From an archaeon (GTDB taxonomy: Archaea; Nanobdellota; Nanobdellia; Woesearchaeales; GCA-2686295), in assembly GCA_043817405.1 (NCBI GenBank), contig JBDRGV010000051.1:1960-65959 (forward strand): 64,000 nt of DNA, written 5' to 3'. The notes below the pieces were generated by a model. That model searched no databases. It saw only the letters and a list, made by a program, of their open reading frames with translations, and was not told where the DNA came from. Positions 45,021-55,877 of the stretch are shown here, in pieces; position 1 is the stretch's first letter, and each line of letters begins with the position of its first letter. A program made the translations under genes and the position numbers.

Positions 45021-45138
45021 TTTCTCAACAAAACACAGAGTTATTTATAAGCTTTACTATAATACATTGACCAAACTCTATGTTGCTATGTTGCGAAACA
45101 CAGAAACATTTAAATACCCATAATTCCAAAAATAAGTC

Positions 45139-45408
45139 ATGCCTGATGAAAAACTTGCAAGAGCAATAATGTCCAGAGTAAGAAGAGATATACTTCATAT
45201 TCTAACAATAAAACCTAAACAACCAGTACATTTGATAGCTGACGAGTTAAAAATCACTGAATCATCGGCTTCAAAACATTTGAAATTACTTCATGATCTA
45301 GACATTCTTGAGTTTCATGATGAAGGAAAAGAAAGATTTTATTCTTTAAAAATTCTAGAAATAAAAGAATTACTCAACGCATATGGTACTGTAATAAGAA
45401 AACTGTGA
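45139..45408 (+). CDS. ArsR family transcriptional regulator
   Basis: R..IL..L, IA..L.I.....SKHL..L and G.ER.YSL motifs. Confidence 0.85.
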   Translation: MPDEKLARAIMSRVRRDILHILTIKPKQPVHLIADELKITESSASKHLKLLHDLDILEFHDEGKERFYSLKILEIKELLNAYGTVIRKL

Positions 45409-45417
45409 GGGAGTAAA

Positions 45418-45915
45418 ATGACATTTGAAAATAATCTTGGACTATTAAGAACAAAACAAGCAGAAATACTGTCTGAGAACATCAAAGTTAGAAAGTTAAC
45501 TGCAGAAGATGCAATGATAAAACCGGTGCTATTATATCCTGATGATGATGTTCAAACCATACTGAAAAAATTAAAAAAAGAAAGCATAAACGATTGCATA
45601 GTCGTCAATAAAAATAAAACCTTCCTGGGAGAAATAAGCAATGAAGATATCAACAAATTATTTTTAGATCAGATTAAGAAAGAACCATTAGTACAAAAAC
45701 TCAACAGAGGTTACAAACGAGAATTTAATTATAAATCTGCAAAAGACCTAATGAATAAACACAAATCAACCGCTAAATTAAATACACCCATAAATAAAAT
45801 TATAGAATTACTATGCAAAGAATGTTTTCACTACATTCCCATCACAGACGATGACGAACAGGTCATAGGTGTCGTAACACCAAGCAGCATCATAAATCTA
45901 TTGAAAGACTATTAA
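45418..45915 (+). CDS. CBS-domain protein
   Basis: Two CBS repeats (A.D.M...VV....LGEI and A.DLM...IP.....VIGVVT). Confidence 0.85.
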   Translation: MTFENNLGLLRTKQAEILSENIKVRKLTAEDAMIKPVLLYPDDDVQTILKKLKKESINDCIVVNKNKTFLGEISNEDINKLFLDQIKKEPLVQKLNRGYKREFNYKSAKDLMNKHKSTAKLNTPINKIIELLCKECFHYIPITDDDEQVIGVVTPSSIINLLKDY

Positions 45916-45917
45916 GA

Positions 45918-48653
45918 ATGAACAATCAAGAAAATAAAACCTATTGGCATCAAATATCTGTAGATGAAACTTTATTAGAATTAAAATCTTCAATCCATGG
46001 TTTAGAAGAGAATGAAGCAAAAAACAGACTCAAAATCAATGGTCCAAATACAATTGCTCAAGAAGAAAAAAATAAAGTTCTCAAACTATTGTTCAGAAAC
46101 TTTAACTCATTACTAATATACATCTTATTAGGAAGCGCCCTAATATCACTTTTTTCCAACCACCTAATTGAATTCACAGTAATTGCAATCATAATACTCA
46201 TAACAGGATTATTCGGTTTTATACAAGAATATCACGCCGGAAAATCACTTCAAGCACTATCTAAACTAACGGTTAAACATGTTGAAGTTTTACGCCATGG
46301 GGAAAAAACTCAAATCAACAAAGAAGAATTAGTTGTGGGAGATGTAATTGTTCTAAAAAGAGGAATGATAGTTCCAGCAGATGTTAGGGTTATCGAAAAC
46401 AAAGGATTATCTGCCGATGAATCAATTCTAACGGGCGAATCAATACAAAAATACAAACGAATAGATGAAATAGAAGAGCTGGAAGTCCCAATAAGTGACC
46501 AACACAACATGTTATTCGCAGGAACAAGCATAACAAATGGTCATGGACACGGAATAGTCATTGCAACTGGTTTAGAATCAGAAATCGGAAAAATATCTCA
46601 AACCCTGAAGAAAATAGGTTTTCAAAGAAGCCCTTTGCAAAAACAAATAGATGAAATGAGCAGAAGAATCGCCTACACAATCATTTTTGCATGCGCATTT
46701 CTTCTAATAATATTATTCACAAAGAACTTCGGAATATTTGAATCACTAATATTAGTTGGCGCAGTAGCAGTCTCAGGAATACCAGAAAGTTTTCCTTTAG
46801 CCATGACAATGTCCTTATCCAATGGTGTTAAAAGAATGGCCAAGAAGAATGCCATAGTAAAAGATCTGAGCTCCGTTGAAACCCTAGGAACCACAACCGT
46901 GATTTGCACCGATAAAACCGGTACACTAACGGAAAATAAAATGCTCGTAGAAAAAGTTTTCTTTGCAGACGGAACCGAAATTGAAGTAAAAGGACATGAA
47001 TATAATCCAACAAACACATTTTCAAACAAACAAGGAGTTTTCGAAAAACACCGATTCACCAACTATCAAGAATTCTTTAAAGCATGTATTCTGTGCAATA
47101 ATGCACAGCTTTTAATCAAAGATGAAGAATGGGCTCTATCGGGAGAACCAACCGAAGGAGCAATATTATCATTGGCTAAAAGCGCAGGTTTTGACGATCT
47201 CACAATAAAAAAAGAAAATAAACAACTACTGGAAATCCCTTTTGACCCATTCGAAAAATTCATGATAACAATAAATGAACATGAAAATCAAAAAACTGCT
47301 TATCTAAAAGGAGCGGCTGAAAAAATCCTTGAGAAATGCACTCATATAAGAACAAAAAATAAAGAAGTAATCAAACTAAACCAAAAACTGATTGATGAAA
47401 TATTAGCACAGGTAAATCATTATAGCAACCAAACCTATAGAGTTCTGGGAATTGCAACCAAACAAGTAGATAATATACAATCAAATCTTAATTCAGAATT
47501 CATATTTGAAGGACTGATGGGAATTGACGACCCCATACGTGAGCAAGCATATCAAGCAGTAAAAGAATGTCAAAGCGCCAACGTCAGAGTAATAATGATT
47601 ACCGGAGACCATAAACACACAGCCAAAAGTGTCGGGAAGAAACTCGGCCTAATGACATCAAATGAAGATTTAATTCTTGAAGGACATGAACTTGATAAGA
47701 TGAGTGATGAAGAATTGGATAAAATTATTTCTAAAGTAGTAATATTTTCAAGAACAACACCAGACCATAAGTTTAGAATTGTATGTTCTCTGCAAAGAAA
47801 AGGTGAAATTGTAGCTATGACTGGTGACGGAGTAAACGACGCACCCGCATTAAAAAAAGCTGATATAGGTGTTAGCATGGGTAAATCAGGGACAGATGTG
47901 GCCAGAGAAGCATCAAACATGGTGCTAACAGACGATCATTTCTCAACCATAGTCAATGCAATAAAAGAAGGAAGGACCATTTACAGCAACATAAGACGGT
48001 TCATATACTATCTGTTAACAGGCAACATGACAGAAGTAATACTCATAATATCAACCATCTTGATTGGATTAACGACGCCTTTAACAGCCCTAATGATTCT
48101 ATTCATTAATTTAGTAACAAGCACATTTCCAGCGATGGCGTTAAGCGTTGAATCCACCCATATAAAAGTGATGAAACAAAAACCTAGAAATCCAAGTGAA
48201 AAAATATTATCACATTATATTTTATTAAAAATACTTGTATTGGTTCCCCTATTGTTTTTAGGAACATTAGCATTATTCTTGTGGGAACTAAACACGCCTG
48301 GTGGAAGCATAGAAAAAGCTCGAACAGTGGCATTTGCAACGCTTATAATGTTTGAACTACTGCATACATTTAATGCAAGATCACTACACACAACCATCTT
48401 TAACAAGAACTTCTTTTCAAACAAATACATATTCATAGCAGTAGGCACATCATTGGCATTAACATTACTAACAATATATAGTGGAATAGGACAAAAAATC
48501 TTTAACACAGTTTCATTATCAGCCACGGAATGGATAATGATAACAATTGTAAGCAGCCTAGTAATAATAGTTGCAGAGATAATAAAATCACTTATAAAAA
48601 GCGAATTCAAAGAGCAAAAAAGACTGAAAGGATTAGAAATACAAGTTGAGTAA
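45918..48653 (+). CDS. Cation-transporting P-type ATPase (type IIA-like)
   Basis: TGES, IPES, DKTGTLT, KGA.E, DP.R, MITGD and TGDGVNDAPALKKADIG motifs. Confidence 0.95.
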   Translation: MNNQENKTYWHQISVDETLLELKSSIHGLEENEAKNRLKINGPNTIAQEEKNKVLKLLFRNFNSLLIYILLGSALISLFSNHLIEFTVIAIIILITGLFGFIQEYHAGKSLQALSKLTVKHVEVLRHGEKTQINKEELVVGDVIVLKRGMIVPADVRVIENKGLSADESILTGESIQKYKRIDEIEELEVPISDQHNMLFAGTSITNGHGHGIVIATGLESEIGKISQTLKKIGFQRSPLQKQIDEMSRRIAYTIIFACAFLLIILFTKNFGIFESLILVGAVAVSGIPESFPLAMTMSLSNGVKRMAKKNAIVKDLSSVETLGTTTVICTDKTGTLTENKMLVEKVFFADGTEIEVKGHEYNPTNTFSNKQGVFEKHRFTNYQEFFKACILCNNAQLLIKDEEWALSGEPTEGAILSLAKSAGFDDLTIKKENKQLLEIPFDPFEKFMITINEHENQKTAYLKGAAEKILEKCTHIRTKNKEVIKLNQKLIDEILAQVNHYSNQTYRVLGIATKQVDNIQSNLNSEFIFEGLMGIDDPIREQAYQAVKECQSANVRVIMITGDHKHTAKSVGKKLGLMTSNEDLILEGHELDKMSDEELDKIISKVVIFSRTTPDHKFRIVCSLQRKGEIVAMTGDGVNDAPALKKADIGVSMGKSGTDVAREASNMVLTDDHFSTIVNAIKEGRTIYSNIRRFIYYLLTGNMTEVILIISTILIGLTTPLTALMILFINLVTSTFPAMALSVESTHIKVMKQKPRNPSEKILSHYILLKILVLVPLLFLGTLALFLWELNTPGGSIEKARTVAFATLIMFELLHTFNARSLHTTIFNKNFFSNKYIFIAVGTSLALTLLTIYSGIGQKIFNTVSLSATEWIMITIVSSLVIIVAEIIKSLIKSEFKEQKRLKGLEIQVE

Positions 48654-48764
48654 AAGAAAAGCAACCAACCATAATATCTGTTCTACAATTATTTCAACTC
48701 AATCCACAATGAACCCATTTGCTTTTTAACAATATTTATAAATGATGTGCACATATAATTTTTT

Positions 48765-49658
48765 ATGGCATTTCCTGATTTAAAACAAATTTTCATTGAT
48801 AGTTTTGGAAAGATAATATTAATAATTTCCATATTTGTCATCACTGCTCTGATTGCCAGAATAGTTGGTTTTGTCTTAAAGAGATTTTTCAAAAGATCAT
48901 CAAAGATACTTAATGTTGACCCCACAAAGTATACTTTCATCAGATACCTTATTTCAGCAGCCATTTACTTAATTGGAATTAGTATTGCAATTTCCATGAT
49001 TCCTTCTCTAAGATCGCTAGCAGTTTCTTTATTAGCCGGTGCAGGTATTCTTGTAATTGTTATTGGATTTGCATCACAACAAGCCTTTTCAAACATTATA
49101 AGCGGAATATTCATTGTGATTTTCAAACCCTTTAGAATAGGCGACCGGTTGAAGATAGGAACTGATCTGAGAGGAATAGTTGAAGACATTACACTAAGGC
49201 ATACGGTGATAAGAGATTTTGAGAACAAAAGAATAATCATACCTAACTCAGTCATAAACAATGAAATATTAGAAAATTCAACCATTGGAGATGAGAAAAT
49301 CTGCAAATGGGTCGAATTTGGAATAAGCTACGACTCAGATGTTGACAAAGCAAAGAAGATTATGATGGAAGAAGCATTAAAACATCCAAAACACATTGAC
49401 AATCGAACAAAAGAAGAACAAGAGAATAAAGACCCAATTGTAAGGGTTAGAATTGTTGGTTTTGGAGATTCTTCAGTGAACCTAAGAGCATATGTTTGGG
49501 CTAAAAATCCTCCAGATGCATGGATGATTGGATGCGATCTTAATGAAAACATAAAGAAAAGATTTGACAAAGAAGGAGTGGAAATACCATTTCCCTACAG
49601 AACAATTGTGTTCAAAGATAATAAATCTTCAAAAAAGAAAAGCATAAGCAGAAAATAA
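48765..49658 (+). CDS. mscS: Small-conductance mechanosensitive channel
   Basis: IGFASQ..FSN..SG, PFRIGD, IIPNS, ISYDSD and GVEIPFP motifs. Confidence 0.92.
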   Translation: MAFPDLKQIFIDSFGKIILIISIFVITALIARIVGFVLKRFFKRSSKILNVDPTKYTFIRYLISAAIYLIGISIAISMIPSLRSLAVSLLAGAGILVIVIGFASQQAFSNIISGIFIVIFKPFRIGDRLKIGTDLRGIVEDITLRHTVIRDFENKRIIIPNSVINNEILENSTIGDEKICKWVEFGISYDSDVDKAKKIMMEEALKHPKHIDNRTKEEQENKDPIVRVRIVGFGDSSVNLRAYVWAKNPPDAWMIGCDLNENIKKRFDKEGVEIPFPYRTIVFKDNKSSKKKSISRK

Positions 49659-49683
49659 CTCATCACCATAAAGGAGGCGACAA

Positions 49684-50751
49684 ATGAAAATTTCAAAATT
49701 CATAAAACGATCATCTCATAAAACCGGTATGGGTCCTGGAAGCGTTGTTTATGTTGGCAAGAAAAGATCCGCCAAACCAACATTCGAGCTCATCGATTAT
49801 AATTTCGAGAATGTTTCTGAAAAAAAACTTAAAACAATTGAAGAATCATTTCCTTTCAAAGACATGCCCAGTGTGACCTGGTTGAATATCATGGGTTTGC
49901 ACGATACAAGCATCATTGAAAAAGTAGGAAATCATTTCGGTCTCCATCCACTTATACAGGAAGACATTGTTAGCACCGGTCAAAGACCAAAAATGGAGGA
50001 TTTTGAAAACTACCTATTCATCGTTCTCAGAATGCTTTATTATGATAAGAAAAATGAACTTTCTGCCGAACAGGTCAGCATAGTTATAGGTCCTAATTTT
50101 GTCATTAGTTTTCAAGAACAAGAGGGTGATGTTTTTGACGATGTAAGAACAAGAATTAAGGATACAAAGTGGAGAATTAGGAAAAGTGGCAGTGATTATT
50201 TGGCCTATGCTTTGATTGATTCAATTATTGATAACTATTTTCTTGTGCTTGAAAAATTGGGCGACAAACTAGAAGACCTGGAAGAAGAACTAAATACAAA
50301 CCCTAGTCAGAAAACTTTGAATGAAGTATACATCATGAAAAAGGAGCTTGTCTTTTTAAGAAAGTCTGTTTGGCCTCTTAGAGAAGTAATAAGCAAATTC
50401 CATAAGAGCGAATCTAAGCTCATACAAAAACAAACTGTAAGGTACATTAATGATTTGTACGAACACACAATCCAAGTTATTGATACCATTGAAAGCTTTC
50501 GTGATATGATTTCAAGCATGATTGATGTTCATCTTTCAAGTTTAAGCAATAAAATGAACGAAGTTATGAAAGTGCTGACGATTTTTGCAGCGATATTCAT
50601 TCCACTAACTTTCATTGCAGGGATTTATGGAATGAATTTTGAAGTAATGCCTGAACTCTCGTGGCCCTACGGCTACGCTTTTGCATGGGCAATCTTTTTA
50701 TCAGTTGGAATTGGAATGCTAGTTTTTTTCAAAAAGAAAAAATGGATTTAA
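49684..50751 (+). CDS. corA: Magnesium/cobalt transporter
   Basis: HPL..EDI, QRPK.E and MKVLT...FIPLTFIAGIYGMNF..MPEL motifs. Confidence 0.95.
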   Translation: MKISKFIKRSSHKTGMGPGSVVYVGKKRSAKPTFELIDYNFENVSEKKLKTIEESFPFKDMPSVTWLNIMGLHDTSIIEKVGNHFGLHPLIQEDIVSTGQRPKMEDFENYLFIVLRMLYYDKKNELSAEQVSIVIGPNFVISFQEQEGDVFDDVRTRIKDTKWRIRKSGSDYLAYALIDSIIDNYFLVLEKLGDKLEDLEEELNTNPSQKTLNEVYIMKKELVFLRKSVWPLREVISKFHKSESKLIQKQTVRYINDLYEHTIQVIDTIESFRDMISSMIDVHLSSLSNKMNEVMKVLTIFAAIFIPLTFIAGIYGMNFEVMPELSWPYGYAFAWAIFLSVGIGMLVFFKKKKWI

Positions 50752-50788
50752 AAAGAACTAATTAGAATAAGTTATTCAATAAATCTCA

Positions 50789-51688
50789 TCACATCTCTTC
50801 CAATCTTTTAATCCTTTCTTCAATTGGCGGATGTGTAGAAAACAATCTACTTCGTCCACTTTTCTTTTTTCTAAAAGGCGAACTAATGAACAAGTGAGCA
50901 GTTGCTTTATTTGCAGTGTCAACCAGTGGGTCAGGATCTTTAGAAATCTTCTTCAAAGCCGAAGCAAGTCCCGGAGGGTATCTTGTAAACATAGCGCCCG
51001 AAGCATCTGCCATGTACTCTCTCTTTCTACTAATGGACAATTTAATCAATTCAGCTATTATAGGAGCTAAAATAGCCAATACCAATCCAACCACTATAAA
51101 AATAATAGTCGCATTACCACTGTTTTTTCGACCGCTTCCTTTTCCACCCCAAAGAAAACTTCTAAGTAAAAACTGACTTAGTAAAAGAATAACTCCAACA
51201 AGAACAGCCGCAAGCATCATCACCTTAATATCATTATTCTTGATGTGACTCATCTCATGAGCAACAACCCCTTCCAACTCCTGCCTGTTCAACTTCTCCA
51301 AAAGGCCAGTTGTAACCGCAATGGAAGCATTCTCGGGTTTTCTTCCGGTTGCAAAAGCATTAAGAGCAGAATCTTTAATCACATAGCATTTAGGCGTAGG
51401 TAACCCTGCTGCCAATGACAATCCTTCAACGGTGTGAAACAGATGAGGATATTCTTGTTTAGTAACTTCCTTAGCACCAGATATGCTCATAATCATCCTG
51501 TCGCCAGTAGAAAAAACAACTAAAGTGTAAATCACTCCAAATATGGTTGTTATGATCAAACCCATAAAAATATCTCCCATGTACAAGCCAAATGCAAAAC
51601 CAAACAGAGATATAATTAAGAAAAATAAAACTATGAGGAACCATGTCTTCACATTGTTCCTCCTAATCTCATCAAAAGTTATTCGCAT
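50789..51688 (-). CDS. htpX: M48 membrane metalloprotease
   Basis: NAFATG, GVVAHEMSH, SRKREY.AD and THPPIEERI motifs. Confidence 0.92.
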   Translation of the reverse strand: MRITFDEIRRNNVKTWFLIVLFFLIISLFGFAFGLYMGDIFMGLIITTIFGVIYTLVVFSTGDRMIMSISGAKEVTKQEYPHLFHTVEGLSLAAGLPTPKCYVIKDSALNAFATGRKPENASIAVTTGLLEKLNRQELEGVVAHEMSHIKNNDIKVMMLAAVLVGVILLLSQFLLRSFLWGGKGSGRKNSGNATIIFIVVGLVLAILAPIIAELIKLSISRKREYMADASGAMFTRYPPGLASALKKISKDPDPLVDTANKATAHLFISSPFRKKKSGRSRLFSTHPPIEERIKRLEEM

Positions 51689-52245
51689 CAGAATTCTACT
51701 TTAACGTTTTTCCTTTCTTCTGCTGAGGTTTCGAAAGATGCTTCTTCTTTAAAACCAAGAGTTCCTGCAATTACATTGTTTGGAAAAGTCTGAATCTTAG
51801 TGTTGAAGACCATAACAATGTCGTTGTAGTGCTGTCTTGAATAAGCAATCTTGTTTTCTGTTCCAGCCAGTTCTTCCTGAAGCTGCATAAAGTTCTGATT
51901 AGCTTTCAAATCAGGATAATTCTCTGAAACCGCAAACAGGCTCTTCAAAGTTTCACTCAGCATATTACTTGCTTTTCCTTTTTCATCAGGAGTGGTTGCT
52001 TTCATAACAGCCGCTCTTGCCTTAGTAATATTTTCAAGAGTTGTCTTCTCATGCTTCATATAACCCTTGACAGCATTAACCAAATTAGGAATCAAATCGT
52101 TTCTTCTCTTAAGCTGAACATCTATTTGTGCAAAAGAGTTCTTGACCTGATTCTTCAATCTAATAAGTCTGTTAAACAGTCCAACAATTAAAAGAACTAT
52201 TACAACGACTATAATTATCACAATCCATAATGTTGATAAAGCCAT
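51688..52245 (-). CDS. lemA: LemA family protein
   Basis: [34 protein letters not shown] and FP.N motifs. Confidence 0.95.
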   Translation of the reverse strand: MALSTLWIVIIIVVVIVLLIVGLFNRLIRLKNQVKNSFAQIDVQLKRRNDLIPNLVNAVKGYMKHEKTTLENITKARAAVMKATTPDEKGKASNMLSETLKSLFAVSENYPDLKANQNFMQLQEELAGTENKIAYSRQHYNDIVMVFNTKIQTFPNNVIAGTLGFKEEASFETSAEERKNVKVEF

Positions 52246-52417
52246 TTTTTTATTCCTCCCCTATAGGTTTATTATTTTGTTAAACAATATTGGTTATTTA
52301 AATGTTATGAATTAATACAATTAGAATTTAAATTATAAAAAAAATTCCAAACTAGAATTCAATCAAAGAGTAATTATTCTCATTGGTTTATGTTAAAAAA
52401 TGATTTTGGTTCTATGA

Positions 52418-52489
52418 CTAATTATTATCATCATCATCAGGATCATAATCATCAAAATCGTCTTCGTCACCATAATTATAGTTGTTCAT
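52418..52489 (-). CDS. 23-aa highly acidic micropeptide (putative)
   Basis: MNNYNYGDEDDFDDYDPDDDDNN*, preceded by GGAGGT in a 400-nt intergenic gap. Confidence 0.4.
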   Translation of the reverse strand: MNNYNYGDEDDFDDYDPDDDDNN

Positions 52490-52652
52490 TTTTCATTACC
52501 TCCAATAGTCTATAATTCAGATGTTTTCAAGCACCTTTTAGCGCATATCTGAATGTTTTATCGCAACGTGTATACTCTATTATTTAAATTTTATGAAAAT
52601 AAACGGTTTAAGTTAGAAAAGAATTATAAACCAGCGAAGTTGGTGTTTTCAA

Positions 52653-53081
52653 ATGGTAGAATTTAACTCCGATGGTAGCCTGAAGCTTCCTAAACAAATG
52701 CTTGATAGAAAAGAAGAAAACGAAAAAAAGATGCATACACAAAAATGTATGACTATAAAACGAGAAATCATGAGCTTTACAGCTCCAAAAAAATGTGTTC
52801 TAAGACTTGTTTTATCGGATGTTTTCAACAATGATTCCAGATTCGTAGATACTATTTATGGTTATTTTAAAGATAGAGCAATGGTTCCAAACAGGCTAAC
52901 AAAAATAAGTGATAAAGAATTCGAAGTTGAAATTGGAACTGATTTTAGAAGGTGCACAGACTGCAATTCATTAATAAACGAATTCAGAGAGTTTTTGCCA
53001 GGAAATGTAATTGAAGAAAAAGGAAGCTGTAGCTTTGAAGGGCAAATAAAGAATTTCTCCTATGAAGATTATTTCGATTGA
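52653..53081 (+). CDS. Conserved-looking hypothetical protein
   Basis: 142 aa with FN.DGSLKLP and C.DC. TATA upstream. Confidence 0.7.
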   Translation: MVEFNSDGSLKLPKQMLDRKEENEKKMHTQKCMTIKREIMSFTAPKKCVLRLVLSDVFNNDSRFVDTIYGYFKDRAMVPNRLTKISDKEFEVEIGTDFRRCTDCNSLINEFREFLPGNVIEEKGSCSFEGQIKNFSYEDYFD

Positions 53082-53140
53082 TTGAATTTTCTCCTCTAAA
53101 ATTAACTATATTTTTATAATAGCGCCCTTTCTAAGCATAA

Positions 53141-53890
53141 ATGGCAAACTTTTGGTCGATTGTAAAAAAGGTTATTGGAGAAGCCGATGTGCTTTTGCTT
53201 CTGCTGGACGCAAGACTGGTTAATGAAACAAGAAATATTGAGATTGAAAAAAGAGTCAAAGAAGCCAATAAACCCTTAATCTATGTTATTACAAAATGCG
53301 ATTTGGTTGAAAACAAAGAAGATACTGAAATACACAAAAAAGATTTGAAACCATGTGTTTTTGTTTCTTCAAGTAAATATTATGGAGTAACAATTCTCAG
53401 GGATAGAATACTAACTGAAGCCGCCAAGCATAAAATAAAATCCACATCAATTAAAGTCGGTGTTCTTGGTTATCCCAATGTTGGAAAATCTTCTTTGATT
53501 AATGCCATGAGTGGCGGTAGTGGTGCTTCAACCAGTTCCATGAGTGGCCACACCAGAGGGCTTCAAAAAATTAGAAGTGATAATCGAATTATGTTTCTAG
53601 ACACGCCAGGAGTTATTCCTTATATGGAAAAAGAAAGCGAGAAACATTCCATGATTGGTTCCGTTGACTTTACCAAAGTTAAAGATCCTGATTTAACAGT
53701 TATGAAAATCATGGAACAATTTCCAGGTAAAATCGAGGCCTATTATGGCGTTGAAATCAATGATGATTTTGAAGCTTCTCTTGAAAACATTGCTCGTTCT
53801 AAGAACATTGTTAAAAGCGGTAATCAACTCAATATTGATCAAATGGCTCGAACAATTTTGAAAGACTGGCAAAAAGGAAACATAAAGTAA
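53141..53890 (+). CDS. Circularly permuted ribosome-biogenesis GTPase (RbgA/YlqF/Nog2-like)
   Basis: LDAR and TKCD (G4) precede GYPNVGKSS (G1), T (G2) and DTPG (G3). Confidence 0.9.
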   Translation: MANFWSIVKKVIGEADVLLLLLDARLVNETRNIEIEKRVKEANKPLIYVITKCDLVENKEDTEIHKKDLKPCVFVSSSKYYGVTILRDRILTEAAKHKIKSTSIKVGVLGYPNVGKSSLINAMSGGSGASTSSMSGHTRGLQKIRSDNRIMFLDTPGVIPYMEKESEKHSMIGSVDFTKVKDPDLTVMKIMEQFPGKIEAYYGVEINDDFEASLENIARSKNIVKSGNQLNIDQMARTILKDWQKGNIK

Positions 53891-53891
53891 T

Positions 53892-55622
53892 TCAATGCTT
53901 TCTCATTTCAAACTTCACTTTTCTATAGGTTGGTATTACATACTTGTGGTCGTAAGAAACGTGTATAAGTATGTTGTAGGCCGTTGATATCATCATCAAA
54001 CCAGTAACTATCATGGCAACAGAGACCATCAAGAACCAAGCACTAACTCCTAATGCATATATCAACAATGGAGAGAACAACCCAATCAATGATAGCACCA
54101 AACCGTAAATCATTTTTTTCAATATGTTACGAGTTTTCATTATTCTAGTGCCACCTTCGAGGTTGGTCAATATTCTTACTAGCTGCTCAATTACTTGTTT
54201 AAATAGGTTAGTGGCTTTTATGAAGAAAAACATTGTACCTATAAAACCGATTCCAATAATTATATATATAGGTATTTTTGCATTAAAGTATGACGCTAGT
54301 TCCGAGGCTCCAACCAATATGAATAATGTTATTAAACTATTTTTTAAGTATTGACCCATTAATGTTCGAAGTTTTTTTGTGTGGTGATTTTCTATCTCTA
54401 TTTCTTCAAATAAAGTTTTTATGTAAAATGATAATGAACTCGTGGTTTTATGAAATCCGTTCTTTGTAGATATTAGCGCTGATATTTTCTTGTAGTTTCC
54501 AAGACCTATGGACATAATTATTGATGTGAATAGTATTACAACTGAGATTATGGTTACAAGATCTATTTGTGATCCTAAACCCATACTTTCTTTTGCCACC
54601 AGCAATGAGAATGCTCCCGGAGGCAGCATGGCTATTGCACTGAAAACAGCTCCTTCGTTTGAAAAGTTTGCAAAGATTTTTGTTGTGACTCCAATTGCAA
54701 TGAATAGACCTATTATTGATACTAGCATCAATACTATTATTGGAATTATGTATTCAAATATGGATGTTATGTTTATCAAAGTTCCAATTGCTATGAAGAA
54801 GAACGATGAAAGCATTAGTGAGTGTGGTTTTATTGAATGTTCAAACTTTTTTGACTCTGCAAATGTTGCGATGATGCTTCCTGCCAAGAATGCGCCTGCG
54901 CTTGGACTTAGGTGTAGTACATAACTCAGATATGCAAATGCAGTGCATAATGCTAGACTGATAAACATTATGAATTCTTCGCCTGCGTTTTTAGTCACCC
55001 ATGTTATGATTTTTTCTGCAAATTTTGAAACCAAGACATAGATTATTACTAGTATTGTCAAGTTTATAACTAGACTTTGTATTGCTGAGACCAGTCCTGC
55101 TGCGCCTGCTTTGCTCAATGAGCTGAAGAATGTCAGCGCAAATACTCCAAAAGCGTCTTCTAGTACCAGTACCGCAACCAACAATGGCACTTCGCTTCTT
55201 TTTATCAGTTGTTTCTGTCTGAGTATGCTGGTTACTATTGCGGTGCTTGAGAATGAGAATATTACTCCTGCAAATGCAGCTGTTGTTGTGCTAAAGCCCA
55301 ATAGTACTGTTGCTACGAATATTGTGAAAAACATGATGCCAACTTTAAAAAGCGTCACTGTTATGGCTTTCATACCTATTTTCGTTAATCGTTTTAACGA
55401 AAATTCCATTCCAATTACAAACAAGAATAATATTGCGCCCAGTTCTATCATTAGGTCAATCAAGCCAGCATCTTGAACCAATCCGAATCCGCTTGGTCCA
55501 ATGATCATTCCAACTATTAGCAGTCCTAGAACTAGTGGTTGTCTGAACTTAGCAGATAGCAGTCCGGCTATTATTGCAAATAGCATCAGAATAGCTATGA
55601 TTATTAATGGGTTGTCTATCAT
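53892..55622 (-). CDS. CPA2 cation:proton antiporter with extra C-terminal TM region
   Basis: G..IGP, LF.IG.EF, SST, L..ED, GAFLAG and FF..IG motifs. Confidence 0.88.
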   Translation of the reverse strand: MIDNPLIIIAILMLFAIIAGLLSAKFRQPLVLGLLIVGMIIGPSGFGLVQDAGLIDLMIELGAILFLFVIGMEFSLKRLTKIGMKAITVTLFKVGIMFFTIFVATVLLGFSTTTAAFAGVIFSFSSTAIVTSILRQKQLIKRSEVPLLVAVLVLEDAFGVFALTFFSSLSKAGAAGLVSAIQSLVINLTILVIIYVLVSKFAEKIITWVTKNAGEEFIMFISLALCTAFAYLSYVLHLSPSAGAFLAGSIIATFAESKKFEHSIKPHSLMLSSFFFIAIGTLINITSIFEYIIPIIVLMLVSIIGLFIAIGVTTKIFANFSNEGAVFSAIAMLPPGAFSLLVAKESMGLGSQIDLVTIISVVILFTSIIMSIGLGNYKKISALISTKNGFHKTTSSLSFYIKTLFEEIEIENHHTKKLRTLMGQYLKNSLITLFILVGASELASYFNAKIPIYIIIGIGFIGTMFFFIKATNLFKQVIEQLVRILTNLEGGTRIMKTRNILKKMIYGLVLSLIGLFSPLLIYALGVSAWFLMVSVAMIVTGLMMISTAYNILIHVSYDHKYVIPTYRKVKFEMRKH

Positions 55623-55806
55623 TTTATGGCGGGAACTGTATGCAGGAATACAAAAGTATATACTGAAATACCCCTGAATCATATTTATTGATATACTCCT
55701 ATATAAACTTTATGATTCAACAAAAAAAATAAAAAACACACCAAAAACAAATCAAAAAATACCAGTGATTCTTCCAGAAATTATTTAAAGAAATTAAATT
55801 GTAATA

Positions 55807-55877
55807 AAATTTATGAAATTCAGAAAAGAAAAACTTTTCTGAGTTCATAAATTATTTAAGAGGAAATTTATGAAATT
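55807..55877 (+). promoter_or_regulatory. Structured helicase leader: long hairpin, uORF and alternative pairing over the start codon
   Basis: AATTTATGAAATTCAGAAAAG-AAAAA-CTTTTCTGAGTTCATAAATT (55808-55853). AAATTTATGAAATT is repeated at 55807 and 55864. Confidence 0.55.
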
